This document shows positions 1 to 12,030 of a stretch of DNA of 64,000 bases, one piece after another. Within the stretch, counting starts at the first letter, position 1. Each line of letters opens with the position of its first letter. Both the position numbers and the translations under genes were made by a program. The stretch is from Squalus acanthias (taxonomy: Eukaryota), in the NCBI GenBank assembly GCA_030390025.1, contig CM059432.1, forward strand, positions 64,916,001 to 64,980,000, read 5' to 3'. Below the pieces are notes generated by a model, which had not been told where the DNA came from, searched no databases, and was given only the letters and a program-made list of their open reading frames with translations.

Positions 1-1260
1 CAATGGAGTCATGAGCCAGGTGGTCAGCAGATAGCTCTTGTTGCCCTGTAGCCACCCTCTGGTTTGTCGTGGTAGCTCAAATGCTGATGGTAGAGCAGAC
101 TGATGCAGAATGAAGACATCATTGCTACTGTCAGGATAGCGAGCATTGACTTGCATGATGCCCTTAGTATGGCCACACACCAGCTGGACATTGAGGGAGT
201 GGAATCCCTTCCGGTTGTGGTACATCTCCGAATTGAGATGTGGCGCCCGCAAAGCGACGTGTGTGCAGTCAATGGCACCCTGCACTATGGGGAAGTCAAC
301 TTTCCTTGTGAAGCCGTGTGCTCGCACCACCTGCTGCACTCTGGCAAGAGAGAATGAAATGTATTCAGCTCTTTGCATACAGAGCCTCACTCACCTCCCT
401 TATACAGGAGTGGACGGCGAACTGCGAGATTTTACAGATGTTGGAAGGAGCCCGATGTGTAGAAGTTCAAGGCCACGGTCACCTTTACAACCACTGGCAA
501 TGCCGTTCTCACCCTGGACTGAGGTTGCAGGTCTGCCTGCAGCAAGTGGCTGGTTTCAGTGATCACCTCCTTAGTAAAACTGAGACGTCTAATGCACTGT
601 TCCTTGCCGAGGTTGCGGTAGCAGAATCGCTCCCTGAAGACCCTGGGTGGATATGGCCTCCTGCTGAGAGCCTTTCTCCCCCTCCTCCTCCTGCCTCTTC
701 TAGCAGCTTGTCCTGCTCTGTGTTGCCTCTGCTCATTCTTCCTGTCATGCTGCAGGCCAAGGGGGATACAAACTACTACACCCATGTCTGGGAGCAACTG
801 GTCTGAGCAGACCCCTTGCAAGTCCTTGAGCACGTGCCACACCACTCCTTGTAGACTTTAGGCAACTTTAAAGAAGTCTAGAAAGCACCAAACACTTCTA
901 CAAACTAAGCAACAGTTAGTTGAAATCAATCAGCAACCAACCTGTAAGTAGGTGATGATCCCTTTAAATAGCGCTGGTGGGGGCTCCTCCCTGCTGCTGA
1001 ATGCATGTTCAGCTGTGTGAGGTTAAGAGAGGGCATTAGCTCCAGTGTTGTGGTCCAAAATGGCAGCGCTGGCATCAAATCAGCGTTACTCCGCATACTT
1101 ACGGCGCACACTCCCAGTGCCGACGCATTCGCCCACACCAAATGGCGTCTGGCGCGGCCCACACCAGAAGTGTGCACGTGCTGCTCAGACACCATTTTCA
1201 AGCCAAATCGGCACCCGTAGTGCCCAAAAAATGGGCGCTACACAACTGAATTTTTGGCTC
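1..1260 (-). mobile_element. PIF/Harbinger transposon, transposase-side end (runs off window start); degraded transposase ~1..785
   Basis: Minus-strand frames give RRPYPPRVFRE...VKVTVALNFYTSGSFQ; homologous to the other Harbinger copies here; TIR-like GAATTTTTGGCTC ends at 1260. Confidence 0.85.
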
Positions 1261-1287
1261 GTATGTTCACCTATCCAGGAAACATAG

Positions 1288-1915
1288 TGGCCCGGATTTT
1301 CCGGGGCCAATGGGTGCGTGCGTGGTGCGTACGTGCCTGTAAGGGCCCCGCATGTTCTGGGTTTTCATGCGCAAAGCGGGCGGAGAGTTGGGCAATTTGC
1401 CTGCTTATACCAGCATAAGAATCTAACTGAACATAAAAATAATTTATTTTAAATTATTTAAACATAAAAGAACCTGTAAAATAAGTTCAGGTTATTTTTA
1501 GCCCCTTTAAAGCATTTAAATTTACTTTCAAAAAATAGATTTTTGGTTTAAATATTTAATTAAATGGTATTTTAATTAATTTTAAATATGTAATTTTTTT
1601 TTGATTTATTTGGTATGTACATGTGTTTTTTATGTGATCCCCATTCGTGCTTATAGGGATTCAGTACGAAAATGGAATCCCCATAAGCATGAATGGGGAT
1701 CCCCCTTCTTTTATTGGTTGGGCCGGCCCACGTGATCCCAGGGGCGTTTGCAAACCGCCTGCATCCCTGGGATGCGTGGGCCTTTACACATGTCTACGTG
1801 TAGAGGCCCAGGAGCGCGAGTCTCCGTGGCTCCCGAGGCAGAAGTTGGGCGCAGACTTTATTTGCGGATCGGAGGCATTTCCCCGCGGGAAACCTCCGAC
1901 CGCAAATTCAGGCCC
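1288..1915. mobile_element. Non-autonomous Harbinger-type MITE with AT-rich core and internal hairpin
   Basis: Imperfect TIRs (TGGCCCGGATTTT / AAATTCAGGCCC); second copy at 39434..41236. Confidence 0.7.
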
Positions 1916-2399
1916 AATAATTCCAACTTAGATCTGGAGCAATGGGGAACAGTGGAGAGTTTATTGTACTAAATGAAAAAGGCACGAATTGCATTAAGAG
2001 CCATTAATAACTGTGCTCTTTGTGTACAGACGTATTGCAGCACTTTACATGGTGGTAGACAGTGACTGGACACTGAGCAGGTGGGAGAAAGCGTTGGGCT
2101 AGGGCAGTTCAAGAGAAGGGTCTTTACGAAGCAGGGAGAGAAATCATTGGCAGCAAGTGCATGAATTTCTAAAATGAGCTGCCAGTTGGCAATACTCATC
2201 GCTGGATGTACGAGCTTGGAACATTACCCCTATAGCCTGCATTATTCTTTGTAAAGAGTTTGAGCTCTGTGTACAAACTGGATGTTGTGTTCACCCATGA
2301 GGGAAAACAGAGAGAAAAAATATTCTTTCTAGTGAAACCATTCTGCCATGAATCTTCCCCCATTGTGTAATCTGCAAGGCTTTGCTCTGAACCACATCC

Positions 2400-3300
2400 T
2401 TAGTTCTTTGACTAGAGGAGGCAACAATGAAACTTTAAGAATGAAAGTGATTTGCAGCATCACACAAATCCACAGAATCAAATAGTTCTGACTTATGCTG
2501 CTTACTGAATGCTGGAAATCTTGAACCCGTACCTTGCTAAGGCCCTCTCAAGTGCTAATTCATGATCTGGAAGCTCTTTTGGTTGCTGTGTTATATCTTG
2601 CCATGAGACAGTAGATGTCATCTATATGGAATCTTGAAGAGGTCAGTCCTGAGAGACAGGAGACTCAGGATTTCCACAGACAGTAGGGGGTTATAAGGGT
2701 AGTCATTGTTTCCCCTGACCAAATGGGAAAATAGACTTTGCATTCTAGATCCATAGACATTGACTGCAAATGCTCTGCTTATCTGGATTCTGCAGCAAAA
2801 TCTCAGTAACCTGTTACTCTGGAAGGTCGCATGAGGTTTCCTCAGTCAAAGACTTAAGCACTCTGAACTGCTGTCAAAAGACACAGAACCAAATACAGAA
2901 TCCAAAGGCTGTTCAAGCATTGACTAACATTAAAGAAGCTTTTGTGAGTCTCAGAGTATCATTGCATCTTTTCCTACCAAGTACAAATTGGCATAGAGTA
3001 CTGTTTGGAACCTTTCATGAGTGTTCCTCAGAATACTTCCAGCTTATTTTATTTCCTCATCTGGCATGGAACTAGGAATGGCAGAACCTGAACCTAAGAT
3101 TTCTCCACATTTAAAATGTAGCATGGACATCCTAGTAGGTAGCATCACCGTCCAGTAAACTAGATGGTCATGTTGAGCCTGCTTCCTGAATTTGGAGTAG
3201 GTCTCACATCCTGTAAATCATGTTATATCAAGAAACTGCATGAGCAGGTAGTATAGGGATTGAATATTGGGAAAGATCAATGACATTCAACAAATTTTAA
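2400..3300 (-). pseudogene. Possible very old Harbinger transposase remnant
   Basis: Only faint GDxGYP-like and RFxxL-like motifs on the minus strand; boundaries approximate. Confidence 0.3.
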
Positions 3301-3588
3301 AGCTGGGAATAGCATCAATTTGAGGGCAAGGTTGAAATGACCAGGCCTGTCTGATATAGGCATTAGTGGGCCAGTCATGAGACATAATGAGTATTAGGCA
3401 AGAAAAGGCTGTTCTTCACTATGTGCAAGTAAATCTTCCAAAAACTTTTGAAAAGTAGTTTACAAGACAGTTACATAACTATTTACTACCAAAATACATT
3501 GATCTCCAGTGCAGAAAAACATTATTTTTTCTTGTGTGTGGACAGTACGATTAGTGCCCATGACGGCAGAAAGACGGTAATGCCAACA

Positions 3589-3742
3589 GTCATTGCTGTT
3601 TGTGGAAACTTGGTGTGTGCAAATTGGCTGTTGCATTTCCTACATTACAACAGTGACTACACTTTAATAGTACTTAATTTGCTATAAAGCACTTTGAGAT
3701 GTCCTGAGGTTGTGAAAGTCACAAGTATTTATTTCTTTCTTT
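3589..3742 (+). mobile_element. SINE 3' part (Deu-domain, L2-tail type)
   Basis: CATTGCTGTTTGTGG...CAAATTGGCTG...CCTACATTACAACAGTGACTACACTT...TAAAGCACTTTGAGATGTCCTGAGG; reverse copy at ~7780-7895. Confidence 0.6.
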
Positions 3743-4736
3743 AATGGCATTATTCCGAATGAGGCTTTATATAGCACATATTGGGGGAAACCGACTGACA
3801 AAAAATCCTTGCTAAGAAGTGAATTACTGAAGTGACATTGTCCCTATGTAATTTCTTCTCCTATGGGATGTTGGCAACAATCTATTTTTGTATGAAGGCT
3901 GAATCAATAAGCCAAAAGACTTTCATGTATCTTACACCTTGTTTCCCAGTGTACACAATTCAGTCAGAATGAATTATGTCCCAAAGACTTTTCAATTATA
4001 TAAGGCTATATTTTCCTCTCTTCGCAACTTCAGTAAAAAAGATGTTCATGTAAAGCTGAGAGCATCATTTTATACTCACATCAATTTTTCTTGTTAAAAA
4101 TAACAAATGTAGGAAAATATACTTAAAGAGATTAGATTGACTGATGTCTAGGCGATTTATTTTAAACTTAAATTAAGAATAAAAGGACAGATTAATTAAA
4201 ATAGGGTACATTTGTTAGAAAGAAAAATGAAAGTAAAGTTCAAAAATAAAAATAGGAGAAAAGTGAGAAATAGAGAAAGAAAATGAGAAAAAGTTAAGGT
4301 TGAATTTGAGGTCATATTCAGCTTTTATCTTACATTGTTTTTAAAAGCTTATTGTTGTAATATAAGAAGAATGCTACAGCAGCATTGCTATTCTTGACAT
4401 CTCAGAAGCTGTATTACTATTATATTAAAAATTTGTTCTCACTTCAGTGGGTAAATTTTATTTTTAAGAATGGCCAACACAAAGAGATTAAATTTTCTCA
4501 GATCTGTCAGCAGTTTTGGGTTAAGAGATTCATGGAGATATACTTGAACTTGTCATCAATATATAAAGACTCTGAAGTCTGAACAGATCTTGAAGAGATT
4601 ATTAATATATAAATTAAATAGTAATAATCATACCAAAGAACTCTGATAGACTCAGTCAGGGATTTTAAGCAAAGATCTGCTGAGATTGAATGATTAGATC
4701 ATTTTACTGGTGTTGTTCAAATGCTAACTTGACCAT

Positions 4737-6842
4737 GGCCGCAAAATTCGTTATGGTCGGTTTTGTTGAAAAAATGGTGGCCACCTTGCTTCCGGTGCAG
4801 AAAACGGCGGCTGACATTTTGGCGAGGTCGCCAGCGCTGCCGTTGCCTGCGCTTGCCTCTCCATGTAAATATGCAGATCGTGATGTCAATTGGCGTGCAA
4901 AGCCTGAATTGACGCGTAACTGCGATTTTGGATGCCGCCGCTCTCTCCTAACTACGCATGGAAGAACATGCGTGCAGCAGTTCTACAGAGACGCTGTCAG
5001 CGCTTCTTAAAGGGACACACGCATCTTTCAAGTAAGTTTCGATTTCAGCTTTTGGAGTGCTTTTTTTAAATTATATTGGAGTAGCGGCTTGGTGCAGTAC
5101 ATTTAAAAAGTTGTTAAAGTGTGCAGGCAGTGCAGGGAGTGTGGCTGGACGCTTTCAAGGCGTTTGGATGTTAAAGGAAGGCTTCTGAGAAGACCACTTG
5201 CTCCCAGTCCTGGGCGCTCTACTTGCAGTCATCCTTGGGCTACAACATCACATGGAGATGAAGCAGAGGCAGCAAAGGGGACAAGCTGCTCGCAGAGGGA
5301 GGAGGAAGAAGCAGAAGGAGTGAAGCAACCCAGACAGCCCCTTTCTGGCTGGGATATCAGGGATGGAATCGTCCCCTTTCAACATTTGTCCCACACCTTA
5401 CCTTTCCTCTGTTACTGACCATCACTGCATCCTCTTGGCCACAATGCTAAAATAAAAGCCACCACAAAGCAAACTTTACAATCCAACTTTATCCATATAT
5501 GCATCCAATATTACATCAAAAAATCAACTAATCACCCTTGTGCATTCCCTTAGTGAGTGTCTTGTGTGTGCCTTTGCCTATCCTAGTGATGTTACAGTGC
5601 TACCCCAGTGGCTGCAGCATGGCTGGTGGAAGGCTGCTGACTTTCAGTGGGGGACATTGGAGATGTCCTTGCAGGAAGATCTTGAGGAGCTGGTGGCTGG
5701 GAGTGTGAAATTGAGTGACGGTGTTTCTTCTTCTTCTTCACTCTCCTCTCCCTCTTCTTGGTCAACCACTGGCTGGGCAGGCTGCATTTCTTGGGTGTCT
5801 GAAATGAGGAAGGCACAAGGATAGGGTTGTGCAAGGGGAGGACGGAAAACAAGAGGTGCATGCTTACACTATGTGCAGCTTGTAAATCAGAAGAGATTGT
5901 GGGATGAGCAGAAAGTGGGATATGAGAAGGAGGATAACGTATGAGGATGCCAGCATCTTGTATTCTTTCAGCCCCACCGCTGGCCACAGGCTCAGCCATG
6001 CCCCTGCCAATAATGGCCACACCGTCTCCTCCAAGGAGGTGAGGTGAAGCTAGGAATGTGAGGTGTGCCTCGTGTTTGGTACAGATTGTTGGTGAGTGAT
6101 GGGGGGATGTTGTGCATTGAGCAGTGTGTGAAGCTAGTGGTGCAGTTGGTAGGAGACAGCTTTTGAAAATGCATTTACTGACCTTGACCACTCATTTGAG
6201 GTCATGAAATTTCTTTGGGCACTGGAGCCAGGTCCTGGGGTGACACTACTGGCACTGATGGCCTCGCCAATTTGGTCCCACATTCTTCTTTCTGGAGGGC
6301 TCCCTGGCGATAGAGGACCTCACTTCCAGTGTTGACCCCCTGCACAAAGCTGGAGTGCTACATCTGAGACATTGGGTGCCCTTACCCTGGCCAGTTGAGC
6401 CATTTGTGTTAGTGCTGAAGCACTTTTACCATTTTTTTATGAGCAGAAGGCAGTTCAGCTTTAAGAGCTGCAGACTACCTAGTTTGGAATGATTTTTACT
6501 GATTTTTCAGAAGGCAGTTCAGCTTTAAGGGCTAGAAACTGCCTATTTTTGAATGCTTTTTAATTTTTTTTTCAGAAGGCTGTTCACCTTTAAGGGCTCG
6601 AGACTGCTTTCAAAACTGACAACCTTGCTTTAAGAAAATGCAGCATCACTACAGTGACGCGACATTGGGCCTCCTGTGCACAGCCTGAAGCAGCGCGATA
6701 GTCGCTTGGCTGTGCACTAAAATCAGTTAAATTAGCAGGCAGCAACAAATGAATGTGCTGCCTGAGCTTTCTAAACGGGCGCAAGCAAATCTCGCCCCAC
6801 GTTGCCCCCGCCCGTTTTCGGGCCTTATCGAATTTCACCCCC
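4737..6842. mobile_element. Internally deleted Harbinger element (transposase 5' stub on +, Myb/SANT-like gene remnants on -)
   Basis: Ends GGCCGCAAAATTCG / CGAATTTCACCCCC, flanked by CAT TSD; homologous to 17252..21271. Confidence 0.75.
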
Positions 6843-6964
6843 CATGTGTGTTACATTGTAGTGGGGCTAGATTTATTGCCAAATCAGTCACTGGGCAAAA
6901 TCTAGCTATACTTTAAATAGGATTTCTGCTACTGAATTTGTAATTAATATTTTATATTGATAAC

Positions 6965-7076
6965 TGCAGTGGTTCAAGAAGGTGGATCACCAGCACCTTC
7001 TCAAGAGAAACTAGGGATGGGTAATAAATGCTGGCCTTGCCAGAGATGGCCAAATTCCAAGAATGGCTAACAAAAA
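6965..7076 (+). mobile_element. 3' tail fragment of the LINE family seen at 22451..23318
   Basis: CACCTTCTCAAG...GGGATGGGTAATAAATGCTGGCCTTGCCAG; similar tails at ~32248-32312 and ~61650-61725. Confidence 0.6.
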
Positions 7077-7779
7077 AGCTGTATGATTGAGAAATGCTCC
7101 AAAAATGTAACTTTCATCCTGGCACTGTTTCTACAGAAGTCTGCCTTGATGATATATCAACTCTATTTACAGGGAACAAGCCTACACCTCACAATCATGC
7201 AGTGTAGGCACAAGTTCAGGTACATCCACCACAGGGGCTTTGACGTCAGGATGAAGAGGGGACATAAGGTGAAGCACTGAGCACGAATGAGGAGGTGCAA
7301 GTAAAGGTAGCAACAACAGTAGAATAGGAACCAAATGGCCAGAGAGACAGGTCAAAACCTTGCTCAGCTGCTGAGACCAGGAATTGGTATCGCTCAGGCC
7401 CTGCATATAAAGGAAGGCATGAATAAGAGCATGAATGCTTCATATAACCACTTCAGAATGTGCAAAGCATGACTACCTTAAAGAACTATGGACGATCATA
7501 GAGCATGTGACAACTAGATGGCCATTTGCAGCCGGATTCCTGGTGACAGAGGGCATGAGTCCAGTCACAGTTTTTTTCTTGATTGCTATGATTGAGTCTA
7601 TTGTGAGCGTAAGCTCCAATGTGTAGCAGTTGCTCAATCCAGATTCAAAATGCTAGGGATTGGATTGAGAGAAAGCTAATGCAAGGCTTCACACACAACT
7701 CAGTGCTGGCCAACAGTCTGTTACCACACATATCACTGGATATGTGGCGGGAGTACTCAGCAGCTAAGGCATGGCAGAA

Positions 7780-7895
7780 ATAAAGAAAGAGAAACATTTC
7801 CTTTACATTGCACCTTTTTCATCCTCAGGATATCACAAAGTGTTTCACAGCCACTGAGTTACATTTTTGAAGTGTACTTGTTGTTTTGTAGGAAT
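7780..7895 (-). mobile_element. SINE 3' tail fragment
   Basis: Reverse-complement match to 3640-3742. Confidence 0.5.
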
Positions 7896-8013
7896 GGTGA
7901 AGCCACATCCATCCCACACAGCTGATCCTCTCAAATGACAAAAGATATGCCAGTTAGTGTGCAGGACCAGGAAACCACAGCAGTATTAGGTGTGCAACCA
8001 GCAATTGCAAGAC

Positions 8014-8620
8014 TGAAAGGGTTAAAAGAGCTAAAATATAAAGAGTGGTTATGAACAAGTTTAAAAGAGGGAAGTATGATGTAACATGGTCAAGACTACA
8101 CACTACAAATCACTAATTGAGTAAAATATTAGAAATAACCTTGGAGTCCCGGTTGCTATGGTGAAATCTTTCAAAGCGGTTTTAATTGGATTTACTTGAA
8201 TTTAACCTTGGAGTTGCCAGATTAATGTGCACACGAACTGCAAGAAGTTGCACCCGAGACCAACTATTTTTCACCCAAGACCAACTATTTTGCACCCGAA
8301 ACCAACTATTTTGCACCCAAAACCAACTATTGTGCACCCGAAACCACCTGGGGGATGCAAGAAATGTATATATGTAATGTCAATAATTGTGGGACAATAG
8401 CCACGACTTAGAACAGAAACTGTATATAAGGTAGAGGAGTTTTAACAATCGGGGAGCATTCGTCCCTGGATGAGTGACTCCCCTGTCGGCTTGTAATAAA
8501 GTTGATTTACTGAACGAACCTCCGGACTCCGAGCGATTGATTGGGAATAAGGCGGACGTCGACGCTTTATATCAGAGGGTTCATCTTGGGGAGAAGAAAC
8601 TCTCCCGGTTTACCCTTACA
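8014..8620 (+). repeat. 5' LTR (607 bp)
   Basis: TGAAAGGGTTAA...TTACCCTTACA terminal inverted repeat; TATATAA 8423-8429; AATAAA 8495-8500. Confidence 0.95.
8250..8346 (+). repeat. 21-bp tandem repeat in U3, 4 full units plus a partial
   Basis: Unit GCACCCGAGACCAACTATTTT. Confidence 0.95.
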
Positions 8621-8623
8621 ACT

Positions 8624-8641
8624 TGGCATGGTCGGCAGGAT
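8624..8641 (+). promoter_or_regulatory. Primer-binding site, tRNA-Ser type
   Basis: TGGCATGGTCGGCAGGAT 3 nt after the LTR; 16/18 match to the complement of the vertebrate tRNA-Ser 3' end as recalled (TGGCGTAGTCGGCAGGAT). Confidence 0.85.
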
Positions 8642-8963
8642 CTACCGGACGGGCTGAGTAGAGACATTGTCTCCTCGCATCGAAGCCCAAGGCCGGAGAT
8701 CCAACGAATCTGAGGCGGAGTCCGGATACGTGAGTAAAACAACTTAGGTGCGCGTTAGGACATAGTAAAAATGAAAATGTCTGAATAAGTTGAGAAGCTC
8801 GGGTTATATAGGATTGGATATGGGAAAGTCCAGTCAAGGCAGAGTTAAAACCGCGTGAGCAGGGAAAAGTCCCTGAGGTCCGGGGAAGTCCCGGAGGTAA
8901 CAAGAGGAGGAACTAGCAACTCCACCTCAAAAATGGCGAATAAAAATGACGCCTAAAGATCTA

Positions 8964-9846
8964 GGGGGAAAAATTCAGTTGGTTGTGCCTCCCGTTAGCG
9001 CCTTAAGAGGGCGCTTTTGAGGCGCAAAGCAACTAGCGCCCGGGTGCGGCGATGTTTGCGCCACTCACAAAATTAACTAGACATTTTGCGGTGGCGCTAA
9101 ACAATACCGCCACGATCTCCTGCGCCTGCAGATCGTGACGTCAGTCGAGTGCGCAACGCCCCGGTAGCACCCCAGAGTGGATATTGAGTGGCGCCCCCTG
9201 CCTTACCGCCTGCCGCTAGCAACGACAGGTTGAGGGGAGCGTTTTGCAGTCAGGAAGGGACTGGGGGAGCGCTATTTAAAGGCGACCGCTTCCTGCCTTT
9301 TTTTGTTGGCGACATTTTTGAACCACGCATTCTGAGAGAGAGAGAGAGAGACTTCTGGAGAGATTCAACACTGTGTGAAGGAGTTTTGGAAATGGAGCAG
9401 CACTTTGCATGTTCATTTTGATTTGCCCTACCTTGTATCGATTTAGAAGAGACTGTAGGGGCTGCACTCTGAGCTCTTTCCCTGGGCCTCTCCATTGTTC
9501 TTTCCAGCAGATTTGATGTACAGGCCGAGATTCAAGGCTGCAATGAGCAGGATGTGGATAGAAAGCAAGATCAACCCTTCCCTTTAAGAACTGGCCGGGG
9601 CCATTGTGTCTGTGTTCCATTGCTGACTGACATCACATGAGCTTCGCCAGCGCTCTGAGTTAGCGCCTCGCTCCTCGGCCTTTGCGCCTTAAGACAGATG
9701 TGTAGCACCTGATTTAGCGCTCCAATCACCTCCAGGGGCGATAAAAGTCAAGTTTGCAGTCGGAGGCGATAATTAGCGCCAGGCGCTAATCTTTGCACCC
9801 GGCCGATAATTGCGCCCCAAATGGGGCGATAGTGAATTTTTCCCCC
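8964..9846. mobile_element. Harbinger MITE (~890-bp family) copy 1, inserted at the start of the ERV gag region
   Basis: TIR GGGGGAAAAATTCA / TGAATTTTTCCCCC; near-identical to 27379..28271 and 50002..50894; TSD imperfect. Confidence 0.92.
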
Positions 9847-9847
9847 C

Positions 9848-11305
9848 ATAACTCCCGTACGAGTTTGTACGAGACAAATATGAAAAGGTTAAGGGGAAGA
9901 TGATTAAGAAAGGGTATGAGTCAGGAAACAAACCGAAATGGAGAAATGACTAGTGGATGGAACAAAAGGGCAGTAAAGGAGATGAGGCCATAGTTGTGTG
10001 TGTGGATAATGAACAGACTTATGCCCAGGGAAAAAACAAATGGAAGGTTAGGTGCAAGCAGACACAGAAAGACTTATCAAACAAACCGCTCTAGTAACAC
10101 AGTGTAGACAAGAGCAAGGGCAACAAAGGAAGCTAATAGAATAGTTAAGGGAAGGATTAAAACGAGCAAAGGAGGAAATAAAAAACTTAACGGAGGAAAA
10201 TGATGGTCGAAAACAGATGCTGGCATCTGCTTGCCAGTTACTCCAAAAACACAGAGAGAAAAAGAAAGTCAGTAAAAATGATGATGAGGAAAGTGAAGAG
10301 GAAGACATAGATGATGAACAAAAATGGGCAGTAAACCATAACCCAGATTTGTATCCACCGGGGTACAAGCCCATATACTCCGGTCTGGAGGGGTTAGAGT
10401 TAGGACCAGAGGAGAAAGCGGCAAAAATGGCCCCAATCACTGTAAAATATGTATCAGATGGGAAGGATGATAGGGGAAATGATAAACCCCGAAGGAGAAC
10501 TGAATGCCAGAAACCTTTCAGCCCGCTAGAAAAGCAAGCCATATTACAAGAACTTCCCCAATTAAAACCAGCAAATGGAAACCCCGAATTTTGGTCAAAG
10601 TTAGAAGGAATGATTGAGGTACATAATATGCATGAAAAGGATGTACATGCCCTGGTAAAAGCCCGATGCCCACGAAGTACATGGGAAGGATTAAGATTAG
10701 GAATTAAGGATGGAAGCTGGACAAAACCGAGTGACGATGACAGAGAAGATAAGATACGGGAATTCATTAACGAGATTAAGAAAGAACTTGGGGCAGGGCA
10801 GAGCAATTGGGGAACCATAATGAATGTGCAACAAGGAAAAGACGAGGTGGTAACAGACTATGCTGAGCGAAAATATAGTAGTTACCAACAATACTTGGGG
10901 ATCCCAGATCCCCGGCGGAACGATCCGGTGTTTTTAAAGATGTTAAAGTAAGGGATGAGCCCACAACATCAGGAGGTCCTGAAGCTCGGGATCTCGGTAG
11001 GTCAAAATTATGGACAAATAATGTCCTGGGCAGGGGAAATAGATGCCCGACGAATTTCGGATAGGGAAACTAAGGGAAAAACAAAGGCAGCGGCCCTGGA
11101 ATACATAGCAGCAATAGCAACCAACCAGGGAACAGGACAGGGAAAATGTTATGGGTGTGGCTCACCTCACCACCAGTGGAAAAATTGCCCTAGCAAAGGT
11201 ACAGGGGCCCGGACCAAAACAGGACAGCGAGACTTAATGACTTGCTATAACTGTCAGAAGCCCGGACACACCAAGAGCCAGTGCTGGGCAAAAGGGGGCC
11301 AGTGA
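9848..11305 (+). pseudogene. gag: Retroviral gag, disrupted by stops
   Basis: N-terminal coiled-coil-like stretch, MHR-like QGKDEVVTDYAER, two CX2CX4HX4C knuckles (CYGCGSPHHQWKNC, CYNCQKPGHTKSQC); in-frame stops at 10142 and 10949. Confidence 0.88.
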
Positions 11306-12023
11306 AGTAATACCCAGATGGGGAGTCCCACTCCAAATTGACTCTGATAATGGTACGCATTTTACTGGAAAAATAATGAAGGAAACTTGTAAGCTGTTAA
11401 ATGTAACACAAAAATACCACGTACCATATCATCCCCAGAGCTCGGGGATGGTAGAAAGAATGAATAGGACACTGAAAAACGCTCTGACAAAAGCCATCCA
11501 AGAAACAGGGAAGGGATGGTCGGAATTACTACCCAGCATATTAATGAGGCTGCGAGCCACCCCAGGACGCATGACCGGACTGACCCCTTATGAATTAATG
11601 ACAGGACGAGCTATGAGACTGCCAGAGGGTCTGGCAGGAGGGGTGGGAGAACCAGGACCAGTACAAGATAGATTAAGACGATATTTAGTGCAACTAAACC
11701 AGGAGGTACAAGCACTAAATACAGAAGTAAGGAACCAGCAACAGATTAAAAATCTAGAGAGACAAAATACTGGACTTAAACCAGAGGAGTTGCCCAAAAT
11801 AGGCCAACAGGTAATGACGCAAGTTATTGGAAGAAAGGGAATGGAACCTCGTTGGATGGGGCCATATACTGTATTAATGACAAGTGATATATGTGTTTGT
11901 CTACAGGAACCGACGGGCATGCGATGGAAGCACTGGACCCAGGTGAAACCATTTAACACTAAAGATCCCCATTCTACCCTCTCCTCGAGGGAAAAGAGCT
12001 CGGAATACGGCGGACTAAGATAA
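11304..12023 (+). pseudogene. pol: pol remnant: integrase core C-half and C-terminal domain only
   Basis: EVIPRWGVPLQIDSDNGTHF...YHPQSSGMVERMNRTLK...GLTPYELMTGR...PRWMGPY; no protease, RT or RNase H motifs between gag and this. Confidence 0.92.
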
Positions 12024-12030
12024 CCGTACC

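Noticed and set aside
7080..8013. Possible ancient Harbinger remnant flanking the ERV (with 15527-15835, which ends in CCAATTTCTAGGCC)
   Set aside because: Similarity is too faint to set boundaries by eye
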